A stretch of DNA of 64,000 nucleotides, from assembly GCA_963788195.1 (NCBI GenBank), contig CAWBGA010000005.1:32001-96000 (forward strand), in the 5' to 3' direction. Source of the stretch: Nitrospirota bacterium (GTDB taxonomy: Bacteria > Nitrospirota > Nitrospiria > Nitrospirales > NS-4). The position numbers and the translations under genes are program-made. Below the pieces are notes generated by a model that saw only the letters and a program-made list of their open reading frames with translations, did not search any database and was not told the DNA's origin. This document shows positions 33,563 to 44,237 of the stretch, piece after piece (position 1 is the first letter of the stretch; every line of letters starts with the position of its first letter).

Positions 33563-34332
33563 ATGAAGGTTGCGGTTGGGGCCAAGAGCGATGTTGGCCT
33601 GACGCGATCTCATAATGAAGACAGTCTGTGCGTCGAGCCGCAGCTGGGGCTCTTTGTCGTCTGCGACGGCCTGGGCGGGCATAATGCGGGCGAGGTCGCC
33701 AGCCACTTGGCATCGGACGTTGTTCGGAAATATGTCCGCGAACAGCGCCAGAAGGGCGATCCTGCCCTAGCCGACGGATATGATCCGCGATTTTCCTCCA
33801 GCACGAACCGGCTGGCAGCCGCGATCCGTCTTGCGAATGAGACAGTGTACCGCGCGGCAATAAGCCGGTCCGACTACGAGGGCATGGGCACGACAATCGT
33901 TGCGGCGCTTCTGGAGGGTCCGGTCGTCTCGATTGCGCACGTCGGTGATAGCCGTGCGTACTTGGTCCGGGAGGGAGCGCTCGCGAAATTAACTGAGGAT
34001 CACTCTCTTGTTGCCGAGCAAGTTCGCCGGGGATTGCTGACCGAGGAGGAGGCCGAACACTCTCCTCAACAAAACATCATTACCCGAGCGATCGGCCTGG
34101 AGGCAGACGATCGAAGTGACGCTGAATGAGTTGACGCTTATTCCGGGAGATTGTTTCCTATTGTGCTCCGATGGCCTGACTAAGGGCGTCAGAGCAGCCC
34201 AGATCCTTGACGCGATTCAGGCTGCGCCGGATCCTCAGGCCGCTTGCAGACCAGCTTGTAACCTTGGCCAATCAGGCCGGCGGTGAGGACAATACGACCG
34301 TGATTGTGATCATGACCGGCCGGCAAGGATAA
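33563..34332 (+). CDS. PP2C-type Ser/Thr protein phosphatase (frameshifted)
   Basis: SDVG..RSHNEDS, VCDGLGGHNAGE, GMGTT, HVGDSRAY; later frames LLCSDGL, GGEDNTTV. Confidence 0.92.
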
Positions 34333-34601
34333 AGACCATGGCAAAACTCTTGTTGTTCCGGCCTACGATGTCTAAGTAGAATAGCGTATATTAAACTTCA
34401 TATCCTGCCTCTATACTTCGTTCTGTCGCCCGGCCAATCATCACCGGTAAGGTAAGAGGGAGGCTGTTAGATGCAGTGTCCTCATTGCGACAGTCAGAAT
34501 GCCGACGACAGGCTATTCTGCGCGGAATGCCGAGCACCATTAGCGGTCCTTTCGACGGCGAGAAAACTGTGGCAGCGAATTTTCGATAACAATAAGAACC
34601 G

Positions 34602-35603
34602 TTAGTTCGGTTTGAGTGGAGTGAGCATCGCATCGAGACACTTGCCTATGTCCTTTGCCAACGAGTCTATGTCCATTGGTTCATATCTAATGACGCGACG
34701 AGTACTCATGTCAAAGGGAAGGTTGTCGGTTTGTTGAGATATAAGTATCGTTTTTTTGTTGACGCCCTCTGCATATCCTACTTCGTAGAAAACATTCGGA
34801 TTGTTCCCGGTTAAATCTGCGATTACCAGCTCAGCAGCCCGAATTGTTTTGTGAACCCGGTCAATGATATCTCCCACAAATACTTCTTGGTCGGCTCGTT
34901 CACATTTCCGTTGTCTCTGTTCAATGGGTGCCTTCATCCCAAAATAATACGCATTCTTAAACTCTTTTGCATACGGCATGGCGACGAACAGATGTGGTAG
35001 ATCCAGGCGATCAATCGCAGCTTGCTCAGTTACTGTTGCAGGGTGAGGAATGATGAAAAGCCCACTCTTATCGCGAAACAATAGATTCTGAGACACCAGA
35101 AAATCTGTACGCTCCTTGAGTCGTTGAAACACTGTTTCCTCTTTTTCAACGAATTGAATTTCACGTACATTCAGAGCTTCTTTAAGGGAGCCGATTATTG
35201 TGGTAAACGCAAAAATCATGGTCTGCATGGCTTCGGAAGAGTCCAGCCCGTCTCCAGGCCCGTGGACCGCTGTGGCGATAATCGATGCATCTGTTTCCCT
35301 TTGGGCCAACTCTATAATTCTTTCAGCATAATGGTAGACGGAGTGATACTTAAATGGCAGATCTTGTTTATGAAAGTTGATGACAAAGAGTTTTGAGAAA
35401 CTTAACGAATCAAGGTGTTCTAAAAGGATATGAGGTTCCTTCTTATTATTTTTGCATTCCCTCGATAGCCTGCCATTTAGCTTCTTGTCGATACACTGTT
35501 CCGGTCTTGAAAGCGGTGAATTTTCAATGTGCTTTAGGAAGACGACCGGACATGAACTATTGATAATGTCGTCGTGTATAACGGAGATCTTTACCTTGTG
35601 CAT
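34602..35603 (-). CDS. Macro-like domain fused to a nucleoside 2-deoxyribosyltransferase/TIR-like domain
   Basis: N-term ISVIHDDI, IATAVHGPGDGLD, EIQFVE; C-term FVAMPY, RADQ, IADLTGNNPNVFYEVGYA, LPFD; AT-rich. Confidence 0.75.
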   Translation of the reverse strand: MHKVKISVIHDDIINSSCPVVFLKHIENSPLSRPEQCIDKKLNGRLSRECKNNKKEPHILLEHLDSLSFSKLFVINFHKQDLPFKYHSVYHYAERIIELAQRETDASIIATAVHGPGDGLDSSEAMQTMIFAFTTIIGSLKEALNVREIQFVEKEETVFQRLKERTDFLVSQNLLFRDKSGLFIIPHPATVTEQAAIDRLDLPHLFVAMPYAKEFKNAYYFGMKAPIEQRQRKCERADQEVFVGDIIDRVHKTIRAAELVIADLTGNNPNVFYEVGYAEGVNKKTILISQQTDNLPFDMSTRRVIRYEPMDIDSLAKDIGKCLDAMLTPLKPN

Positions 35604-35881
35604 AAATCTCTCCTGCTACCCTTGCCGAATTGCTCCTTGTGGGTAGGATAACCTACAAAAGGACATACTTTTCCATACCAAGGAAGTTGCGCCTGATACA
35701 ACGGCAAAATGGGGGGATACTTGGGGGTTCGGTTAAGCAAAACTGGGAATGTCTCAGATGGCAACTGGTACTGCAGGAACGTTCCTTGGCCACCCATTGA
35801 ATCAAAGGACCGCCGCTTTATAATGGAGCAGTGCAGGTGAGAGGTTGCTCTCTGTATCATTCTCGTGGACAAACCAAGGGC

Positions 35882-36091
35882 ATGTATCGTTCGTTTATTC
35901 TGGTGCTGACGCTAACGTGCGCGATTTTAGCGGCGTGCGACGGGCCGACACGGTACAAACGTCCAGCTGGCATGACGATGGAGGAGGGGCAACGGCATCT
36001 CGATGAGTGCCAGCAGCAGGCTCGCCGGGTGTGGTTGTCCCAAAGCACGCTCGAGAGATGCATGGCAGAGCGTGGCTTGGTCAAGCAATAG
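35882..36091 (+). CDS. Small lipoprotein
   Basis: Lipobox LAAC; EC..CM..RG. Confidence 0.65.
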   Translation: MYRSFILVLTLTCAILAACDGPTRYKRPAGMTMEEGQRHLDECQQQARRVWLSQSTLERCMAERGLVKQ

Positions 36092-36392
36092 AGAGGCTGT
36101 TACCAACACCTGCGCCGGATACTGCTCATTGGAATACAGACTTAGAGAATCGGAAGATGCACTCGAGATACGGAGCTTGTATGTCCATTCCGTTATCCCG
36201 AACTGAAAAAGCGAAACTTAATTTCCTCCACCTCGAAGGAGACAATTTTGTGCACTGGCGATGAGCAACGTGCCCCTCTCTCGGCAGGGCCCGAGTAAAT
36301 AGCGCCCGCTTTGGGACAGGTTATAGAGAAGGAGCCGCACACGATCCACTTCGTGGCGGGAAAGTTCGAGGAAAGAACCGCTCAGTGTGCCA

Positions 36393-37343
36393 TCACACAA
36401 GCAGACAGGTTTCTGGCTGAATTGGGATGAGATCCGGCTTGACGACAGTTTCATCCTGCACATCAGGTAAAGCTCCTGAAGAAAGATAGGGATGATTCTC
36501 GTAAAATTGCCTGATCTGTGTCAGTGAGAGAACAGGTGTAAGTGTTTCAGCAAGGCGAGCTTTTCCAAGGTTCCAGCAAGGAACTGCGGGCCATTCATGG
36601 TGCTCAAAATGATATGCGGCTCCATGTGGAGCAAAAACAATGCTGGCCCAATAATTCAGATGAACCCTATGGGTGCTTCTCGTTCCAATATGCTCCATCC
36701 AAATTCTTAATCTAAAACTCGCCCAAAAGGATGTGCAAATCGAGAAATACCACAAAGCTAGAATCCAACCATTGCCGGTCAACAGACACACGACCCAAAA
36801 CGAGGAAATCATCACAACGGGGCCGGCAATGTCTACGGGCGAGTGTGGCTTGATACACAGAATTAACGACCAGACACCTTTGACGCCAAAGCCTAGTAAA
36901 TCTTTTAGAACATATTTCAACAGAGCTCCGCGTCTTAGCGGTAACCCATACTCGAGAGCCCATTGCTTATGTTTGATCTCTGGATCAGAAGAAGTCCCCA
37001 CAGTACGATGATGAGCGAAGTGAAAATCCCGATACCCCTTCAGCCCTGTCGCAAGAGGCCAGAAGGTCAACAGACACGTCAGAATGTCGTTTAAAGACTT
37101 CTTTTTTGACGCCGTATGGTGAGCGCCATCATGCCCCATAATAGACAGGGCATGTTGCCGATTGCCGATGACAAGACTTGCGAGCCAATAGACAAATAGA
37201 TTCTGAAAATAATACGCCACTCCGAACGCGCCCACAATATAAAACCAGTCTACAAACGCAAGGCTCAACCAGCGCAGGGAGCTTGGGTCGCTTAACTGCT
37301 TTATGTTTATTCCGCTGTCCTGAGTTATTTCAGTTTTGCTCAT
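36393..37343 (-). CDS. Membrane fatty-acid-desaturase-family enzyme
   Basis: QHALSIMGHDGAHH, HFAHH, HFEHH; paralog of 22970..23813. Confidence 0.88.
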   Translation of the reverse strand: MSKTEITQDSGINIKQLSDPSSLRWLSLAFVDWFYIVGAFGVAYYFQNLFVYWLASLVIGNRQHALSIMGHDGAHHTASKKKSLNDILTCLLTFWPLATGLKGYRDFHFAHHRTVGTSSDPEIKHKQWALEYGLPLRRGALLKYVLKDLLGFGVKGVWSLILCIKPHSPVDIAGPVVMISSFWVVCLLTGNGWILALWYFSICTSFWASFRLRIWMEHIGTRSTHRVHLNYWASIVFAPHGAAYHFEHHEWPAVPCWNLGKARLAETLTPVLSLTQIRQFYENHPYLSSGALPDVQDETVVKPDLIPIQPETCLLV

Positions 37344-37653
37344 GGGTGAACTCCACAAGCTCAGCGTCCACATGCACGGGCATGACCCTGCTGCATAGGA
37401 ATGGTCCACTTACCCTATCGACAGAATTGATAATGTTCTTAAGAGGGTCTCACAGATAGATGCACGTCACGTGTCCACACCCCCTGACAGCGTATGACAA
37501 GGGCTGACACGGCGATCGCCTTCCTTCCAAAAACGGCCACACGCCGTGCTTATCCTGTCGTTCACAGCCCCCGCAGAAAGTCTGGCATTACCCACGACGG
37601 AAGGATTCGGACCCGACTCGTTCGCCATACTTTCTTTATGGTAAGTTCGGGCT

Positions 37654-37893
37654 ATGCCAAACGACGATCTCCTCCGCATACTTCGCACCTTGACCGAGAC
37701 GGCAAGTCGCTTCGAGAAGGCAGCCGCGAAGCATCGCCGCATTGAGGCCGAACGCAGCGCGCTGCAGGAAGCGATCACCGCGGCGCAGCTGTTTCTGTCT
37801 GTACACCAGCGCCGGCCGTTGGCACGAGGGGTAGAGGAGTCTGTCCCACGGGCCAAGGCCCCGTCCCGGCGGGGCCGGGGTGCGGCGGGGTGA
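37654..37893 (+). CDS. Small hypothetical protein
   Basis: 79-aa helical ORF. Confidence 0.4.
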   Translation: MPNDDLLRILRTLTETASRFEKAAAKHRRIEAERSALQEAITAAQLFLSVHQRRPLARGVEESVPRAKAPSRRGRGAAG

Positions 37894-37935
37894 AATGACA
37901 CTCCAGGCGGGAACTGAAGACATCAGGGCAGAGAA

Positions 37936-38000
37936 CTATCCCGGCGGCCTTAAATAATCAACAGGCCTTCGGGTCGAGCAAGCTCGGCTTGGCGGGCGGG
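37936..38000 (+). repeat. Conserved ~55-bp intergenic element, copy A
   Basis: CCCGGCGGCCTTAAATAATCAACAGGCCTTCGGGTCGAGCAAGCT; copies at 46836, 46971, 50247, 51728. Confidence 0.88.
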
Positions 38001-38150
38001 TGGAAAGTAAGGAACCTCAAGGAGAAGGCTCAGAAGAAGCCGAGGTTAAAGTAAAAACCGGCGCGTACATCCAAATCCATTGCGTTTTCGTAGTGCCTAG
38101 AGTAGACCAGCCCGAAACCCTGAGGAGAGACCATCCGTGTCTCGCAGTTA

Positions 38151-38708
38151 ATGAAATTAAAGAGCTTCGGACATATCAGCATCGTGGTCGACGACGTCGA
38201 TCGGGCGACGCAGTTCTACCGCGAGAGCCTTGGCGCCGTCCCGGTACACGAGGCCGCGCATTTTAAGAATATTGGTTTTGCGAAGGGCGCCGGTTTCCTG
38301 AACAATCCCGGTGAAGTTGATGTCTCCATCAGGTTCCTGACGCTTCCGCTGGCTGCGCCGGTATTCTTAGAGCTCATGCAGTACCACGCCCCTGTAGGAA
38401 ACGGCCATGTCCGGGATGCCAAAACGAACGATGTGGGCGGCCCCCGCCATATCTGCCTTCGCGTGGAGAATGCTGACGAAGCCTTTGAGCACCTCAAGGG
38501 GTGTCCGGGCGTGCGGATGATCAATGGGTCGCCGGACTACAAGCCTTACAAGCTCGACACTGTCAGCGCCCATCAGGTCAGGTTGTTTGATCCACAACTT
38601 GAGGCGAATCCCCAAGCTAAAGAACAGATGTGCGAGCTTGTAGGAAAGCTCAAGTTCTTTTACTTCGTCGACCCGTACGGCGTTCAATGGGAGATCGAGG
38701 AAGGCTAA
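38151..38708 (+). CDS. VOC (glyoxalase-like) family protein
   Basis: FGHISIVVDDVDRA..FY, LELMQY, RHICLRV, FVDPYGVQWEIE. Confidence 0.9.
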   Translation: MKLKSFGHISIVVDDVDRATQFYRESLGAVPVHEAAHFKNIGFAKGAGFLNNPGEVDVSIRFLTLPLAAPVFLELMQYHAPVGNGHVRDAKTNDVGGPRHICLRVENADEAFEHLKGCPGVRMINGSPDYKPYKLDTVSAHQVRLFDPQLEANPQAKEQMCELVGKLKFFYFVDPYGVQWEIEEG

Positions 38709-38720
38709 TATGAGGCGCAT

Positions 38721-39512
38721 ATGGCGGTAACCGTTCAGGACGCGAAAGTCTATCTGGTCGACCAGGGCTCAGGGACGCCGACATTATTTTTGCATGGCGT
38801 CGCCGACTCGTCCGACGTCTGGTCCGGAGTCATTTCGCGCCTCAAGAGCCATTACCGATGTCTCGCTCCCGATCTGCCGGGATTCGGTCGCTCGACGGCG
38901 CCGGAAAATTTCGATTGTTCATTGCAAAATATGGCGGATTTCGTGAACGGACTGGTCGACGCAATCGGCATTCACGAACCGTTGAATCTGGTCGTGCATG
39001 ATTTCGGAGGTCCATTCGGCCTGGCCTGGGCCGTCAAGCATCCGGAGAGGATCAAACATCTGGCGATCATGAATACGCCGTTCTTTTCAGATTATCGCTG
39101 GCACTTCTGGGCACAGGTTTGGCGCACGCCGTTCTTAGGCGAGCTGAGTTGGCAGCTTATGAGTCGATGGGTGTTCACCCAGGAAATGAAACGCGGGTCG
39201 CGAAAACTGACGGCCGCGCAGATCCATGAGATTTTCGACCGGATCACTCCCGCCATGCAGCGCATGATACTACGGCTCTACCGGACGACCGATCCGGAAA
39301 ACTTCAGAGGCTGGGAGGATGAGCTGTTGAAAGTGACCGCGCGGGTTCCCACCTGGGTTCTGTGGGGAGGACACGATCCCTACATTCCAAGGAAGTTTGC
39401 GGAGCGCTATGGCGCTCAATCGGTCCATTACTTTCCCGACAGCGGACACTGGGTCCAGCTTGAAGAAGCCGAGGAGGTTTCAAAGAAGCTGTTGGAATTC
39501 TTCGCCAAGTAG
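38721..39512 (+). CDS. Alpha/beta hydrolase (epoxide hydrolase/haloalkane dehalogenase-like)
   Basis: LFLHG, DLPGFGRS, VVHDFGG (Asp nucleophile), GHWV. Confidence 0.9.
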   Translation: MAVTVQDAKVYLVDQGSGTPTLFLHGVADSSDVWSGVISRLKSHYRCLAPDLPGFGRSTAPENFDCSLQNMADFVNGLVDAIGIHEPLNLVVHDFGGPFGLAWAVKHPERIKHLAIMNTPFFSDYRWHFWAQVWRTPFLGELSWQLMSRWVFTQEMKRGSRKLTAAQIHEIFDRITPAMQRMILRLYRTTDPENFRGWEDELLKVTARVPTWVLWGGHDPYIPRKFAERYGAQSVHYFPDSGHWVQLEEAEEVSKKLLEFFAK

Positions 39513-39561
39513 TCACGCGCCGTTTTCGCGCTGCGTAAACAGGCAATCAGCCGGGGAGGCC

Positions 39562-40980
39562 ATGATGATCTTCGAGCCATTCTCCATCAAGAACGTGACA
39601 TTCAAAAACCGGATCCTTAGGTCTTCGATCGGCGGCAAAACGTCGTACTATGACGGGACCGTGAATCCCGCCTGGAAGCGTTTCGAGAAGCGCTTCGCCG
39701 AACAGGGCGTCGCGGCGATCATCTCTGCGACGATTACCGTAGACGAGCGTCGTTGGGCGCCCTTGGAGTACCCGAAGCTGTCCCAGGACCGGTTTGTGAA
39801 ATCCATCCGCGAGGCGGTCCAAGCTGTTCAGGCGCAGGGATGCAAATATATCCTGCAGATCGGAGACGGGGGCTACCACACCCAGACCAGCTTGTTCCCG
39901 CAGGAGGAGGACTCGAAGTCGGCTTCCTCTGTGTTCGATCTTGTCTTCGGGTATAGAAATCGCAGCACTGCAATGACCACGGAGGAAATCCAGGAGACAG
40001 TGCAGAACTTTGCGGCGGCGGCCAGGCGGGTCCGGGAAGCCGGCTGCGACGGTCTGGAGATCACCGCCTCCAAAGGCTACATCATTCATCAATTTCTGAA
40101 CCCGGCAACGAACCGGCGAACTGACGCCTATGGGGGATCGGTAGAGAAACGTTTTCAGTTTCTGCGAGAAATCGTCGAAGCGGTGCGAAAAACGGTCGGC
40201 AACGATTTCTTATTCGGCATCCGCTTGTCCGCTGTCGACTTCAACTATCTTCCGGTGAACATTCGATGGCCGATCGTGTTTCCTCTGAGACATTACTTCA
40301 TGGGGAATGGCTTAAAAGAGACTCTGTACTACGGCCGGGAATTAGCAAAGCTGGGAGTCGATTATCTGCACATCTCAAGCGGGTTCGGCTTCATAAACCC
40401 AAAGGAAAGCCCGGGGGCATGGCCTGTGGACGAGTTTCGGCTGTACGCGAATGCTACTCGACACCTGAGCGGCAAGGCCCGCTTCCGAGCCGGATTGCTC
40501 AACCTACTGCCCCGGGCGCTGCTTCGAGGGATCTTTGGACTTGGATGGGGTTTCAAGCCGGCCGTCAATCTGGACTACGCCGATGCGTTCAGGAAGGCCG
40601 TCGGACTTCCCGTCATTGCCAACGGAGGCTTCCAACGCAAACACACCATCGAGGAAGCCTTGACCACCGGCAAATGCGATCTGGTGTCAATGGCGCGTCC
40701 CCTGCTTGCCAACCCCAACCTCCTCAGCCTCTTTCAGCAGGGTATCGACGTACCACCCAAGCCTTGCAGCCATTGCAACCGTTGCTCAGTAGCCACTGCG
40801 GTGCTGCCGTTGGGGTGCTATGACCCTTCCCGGTTTCCTTCGCAGGAAGCAATGGAAGCTCAAATTATGTGGTGGTCTGGCGGCCCTGAAGATGTGGAAG
40901 CCGAGAGCGAAGGGTCCTTTGCTCAGGAAGAGGACCTTGCGCGGCATGGTGTGCGCAAAATGCCGATGAGCCGTAGGTAG
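39562..40980 (+). CDS. NADH:flavin oxidoreductase (Old Yellow Enzyme family)
   Basis: KNRILRS, GYIIHQFLNP..NRRTDAYGGS, DLVSMARPLLANP, CSHCNRC. Confidence 0.92.
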   Translation: MMIFEPFSIKNVTFKNRILRSSIGGKTSYYDGTVNPAWKRFEKRFAEQGVAAIISATITVDERRWAPLEYPKLSQDRFVKSIREAVQAVQAQGCKYILQIGDGGYHTQTSLFPQEEDSKSASSVFDLVFGYRNRSTAMTTEEIQETVQNFAAAARRVREAGCDGLEITASKGYIIHQFLNPATNRRTDAYGGSVEKRFQFLREIVEAVRKTVGNDFLFGIRLSAVDFNYLPVNIRWPIVFPLRHYFMGNGLKETLYYGRELAKLGVDYLHISSGFGFINPKESPGAWPVDEFRLYANATRHLSGKARFRAGLLNLLPRALLRGIFGLGWGFKPAVNLDYADAFRKAVGLPVIANGGFQRKHTIEEALTTGKCDLVSMARPLLANPNLLSLFQQGIDVPPKPCSHCNRCSVATAVLPLGCYDPSRFPSQEAMEAQIMWWSGGPEDVEAESEGSFAQEEDLARHGVRKMPMSRR

Positions 40981-41061
40981 CTCCATCCACCCATTAGTCG
41001 CAGCATCAACCGTGCGCCCCTTTTCTATTTAGTTTTCCTTCACATCCCTCTGCCAAATAGG

Positions 41062-41077
41062 TGGCAGACCTATTGCA
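41062..41077 (+). promoter_or_regulatory. Putative sigma54 promoter
   Basis: TGGCAGACCTATTGCA, GG-N10-GC. Confidence 0.65.
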
Positions 41078-41149
41078 GTCTCCTGCCTTGTAGTTGGCGT
41101 GGGCTCATCCCTGGATCGAGTTCCATTTTTAGCTCACAGAGAGGGAACC

Positions 41150-42496
41150 ATGAAGAGAACCAAGTATGTCCTCCTATTTCTGATCATCGGATTCGTCAGC
41201 GTATTCTTTCTCCAGCCTTTGATCCTGTCTTCACAGGCGGACTCCAAATCCCGCAAAGAGCGGTTCCGTCATAGCGGCCCCATCGAGAATGAAGATGCCG
41301 CCGATGAAGACGAGAAGAGGGTGGCGGCGACCGAAGCGCCCACTGGCTTTGATAACCTGACCAACGGCTTTACAGAGCAGGGGCCGCCGTTTGAGACAAT
41401 AAATGAGGATACCGTCGTGCCTCTCGCGTCATTCAATGATAACCGGTTCATCTTCGAGGAGGTCGAGAAGGTTCAAGATGGCCTGGGGCCTACATATAAC
41501 GGGCAGAGTTGCAGGGAGTGCCATCAAAACGTCGTGACGGGAGGCGCCAGCCAGGTTTCGGAGTTTCGGTCCGGGCGCGTAGAAAACGGCGAGTTCTTTG
41601 AGTCCTTGGGCGGCAGCCTTATCCAATCACGCGCCACTCATCCCGACATCGTGGAGCGGGTGATTCCTGGGGATGGCGTCCGGACCATTGCGTATATCGA
41701 CAAACACACTGGGAAACGGCTTTGTAGAAGCCATATCCAACCGGACGATTCTCGCCATCCGTGACAAACAGCCTGAGGAGATGCGCGGAACCGCCTTAAT
41801 GACGACGGTCCTCGAAGGGAACGGCCGCCCGCGAATCGGGCGTTTCGGATGGAAAAGTCAGCATGCCAGCCTCGAATCATTTTCCGCCGATGCCTACCTC
41901 AACGAAATGGGTATCACCAGTCCTCTGTTTCCTGATGAGAACACGTCGCGTGATCTCTTTGTTGGATTCGGTTCGGGGTATGATCCGGTTCCTGAGCCCG
42001 AGGACGATGGTGTAGATGTTGTGGCGTTCGCGAACTTCATGCGAGCCACAAAAGCTCCGTCCCGGGGGCCCATCACCGCAGGCGTTCAGGCGGGCGCAAC
42101 CGTGTTTTCCCGGATTGGGTGCGCGGTGTGCCACACGGCTTCGATCACGACGGCTCGGGCGGGCGCGAAAATCAACGGAGGCGCGTTCACGATCCCGGAG
42201 GCGTTGGGAAGAAAGATTATCCATCCCTACAGCGACTTCCTGCTGCACGACATTGGGACAGGCGACGGCATCCCAGTTCTTCCTACACCGGAATTCGCCT
42301 CGACGGCGAACCAGATCCGAACGGCGCCCCTGTGGGCGCTTAGGACGCGCAACCGGCTGATGCATGACGGTCTCTCATTCACGACGCAGGACGCGATCCA
42401 AAGGCACGCCGGGCAGGCCGCAAGCGTGACGGCAAATATAACGCACTGTCAGACGCGGAAAAGAATCAATTGTTAATGTTCTTGGACTCGCTCTAG
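41150..42496 (+). CDS. Exported di-heme oxidoreductase family protein (frameshifted)
   Basis: GLGPTYN..CRECH, GRFGWK, CAVCH, YSDFLLHD, RTAPLW, LMHDG. Confidence 0.88.
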
Positions 42497-42500
42497 AGCA

Positions 42501-43007
42501 CTATCGCCAGGGTCGGGTATGAAGCAACTTTGCGAGAGGCTTATCGGGGAGAACGGCAACCGAACGTCTACGGATCAGACGAGTCACTAGCAGAAGCGCC
42601 GCAACCACAGCCAGGAGAAATGCCGCTAACCAGGCAGCGGAGAGTCCATCGTTTGAGTCGGTGATTGCGTGAGCTTCGGCCGGTCCCGGCGGAAAACCGG
42701 CGGCACTGGTCTGCGGAGAGGCGATTTCCTGAATGTCGGGTAGAGCGCTTGTCCTTAAAGGCGCGGTCGGGGCGTCGATTCGGGGCTCGGTGAGACTTTT
42801 CCGCGGCTCTTTTCGGGGTAGCGCTGCTTGCCGGTTGGGCTCGATACCAGGGCGCGAAGCTCTCACCCATTTCCTCGCCATCTCCTTAGCCGTAGGCATG
42901 TCAATGATGTGCGGCATGCAGCCGCCGGCGGCAATGAAGAGCGCCAGCATTAAAATCCGGGACAGATTTATTTTCCCTTTCAGGAGATGTTGGCATCCAA
43001 CGGTCAT
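42501..43007 (-). CDS. Hypothetical lipoprotein-like protein with C-terminal TM
   Basis: IAAGGC; terminal hydrophobic helix + RRR. Confidence 0.45.
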   Translation of the reverse strand: MTVGCQHLLKGKINLSRILMLALFIAAGGCMPHIIDMPTAKEMARKWVRASRPGIEPNRQAALPRKEPRKSLTEPRIDAPTAPLRTSALPDIQEIASPQTSAAGFPPGPAEAHAITDSNDGLSAAWLAAFLLAVVAALLLVTRLIRRRSVAVLPDKPLAKLLHTRPWR

Positions 43008-43380
43008 AAAAATAAGTGTGCTCGGGGCTTTGGGAAATAAATCTGTCCCAGGTTTTCCAAAGCGCATCTTCCGCCCGGCGGAGCACCCCTGCCAAACGAT
43101 ACAGCCAATGTACTCGGTGCTCATGAGCGATAAGAATGACCCGCCCGTGGGGTGCACCGCTCCTGTGGGGAGGCAGGATCGTGGGGCCGGCGTCCACCCA
43201 ACACTACACAGCCGGCCCTTCCCCGGCCGCTATCTCACGCAGTTCCCGCGGCCGCCCAACGGCCGCTGTTCCCGTTGGGACGCGTCCTTTTCCCGTGGCC
43301 CGAGTCTGAAGCAGGCTCTTTTCCCGTGGGACGCCGCCTTGCGCGGCGCCTTCTTGGGAAATTTGGCCGGAAAGACTGTT

Positions 43381-43965
43381 TTAACGCTTAGTGATCGAGG
43401 TGAGTATTCCCCCATCTTCGAGACGAGCGACGACTTTATCGCCGATCGTCAGATTGCTGTCTTTTTTAGTGGTGGCATCCGCCATCAGCTTTACCTCCTT
43501 ACCGGAGATGTCTTTCACGAGAAAAGACTCGCCGTCGACTTTCAGCAATGTGCCTTCGATTGTTTGGGATTTTGCGATGTTTGTTGGATCTTTATCGCTT
43601 CGAGTCGCGCTGGCTACAGTTGAGCGTCCATTCGGGCTCGTGCTCGTCTTCGATCCTTCGGGACTGGGAGCGGTCCCAACCGACGCTGACGTCTCTTTCG
43701 TCTTTGAGTTTCCCTTGTCCCCGAGCTCGTTACAGGTTCCGGATTTCCCCGTGGTACCGGCCTCGCGGCTTGCGACGCCATCGGAGGTTTCCGTGGACGA
43801 TCGCTTGGCGGTGTCTCGGGTTGCACTGCTATCTCGGGTTGCACTCGAATTGCGGGTTGCACCGGTCGTATCTTTCGTTGCATCGGAGTAACTGTCATCT
43901 CGACCACAGGCGCTTAATGTGAAAAAGGAAAACAACACAGCGGCTGTCAAAATAGCGGTTTTCAT
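43381..43965 (-). CDS. Lipoprotein with low-complexity linker and small C-terminal beta domain
   Basis: Lipobox LSAC; three 18-bp repeats (ATRNSS/ATRDSS/ATRDTA); TIEGTLLKVDGE..VKD..GKEV. Confidence 0.8.
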   Translation of the reverse strand: MKTAILTAAVLFSFFTLSACGRDDSYSDATKDTTGATRNSSATRDSSATRDTAKRSSTETSDGVASREAGTTGKSGTCNELGDKGNSKTKETSASVGTAPSPEGSKTSTSPNGRSTVASATRSDKDPTNIAKSQTIEGTLLKVDGESFLVKDISGKEVKLMADATTKKDSNLTIGDKVVARLEDGGILTSITKR

Positions 43966-44237
43966 GACGGGACTCCTTTCGAACGCGGCTTTCCTTTCGG
44001 GGATGAGACGGGCCTCAGTAAATTGCCTGTCTGCTAGTTTAGCAAGGCTCAGTGGGGAGGCAATTGATAAAACCAGGCTTCATGCAGTCAAAAAGTCCAG
44101 TATGACCCCTAAAGACGGGCAAATTCGCGTGCGCCTGGGACTTTCCGACATCAAATGTTGACCCTAGGTTAAAATATGGTTAACCTCAGTCGTGACAGTC
44201 TACAAACGCCGACCCCCGAATCTTCATGGAGGCTGTG

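Noticed and set aside
34570..34610. attC after the Macro-NDT gene (AACTAAC over the stop)
   Set aside because: No complementary GTTRRRY end or palindrome found downstream.
37484..37512. Three spaced TGACA motifs resembling integrase arm sites
   Set aside because: Too short, with no matching core site or integrase to support them.
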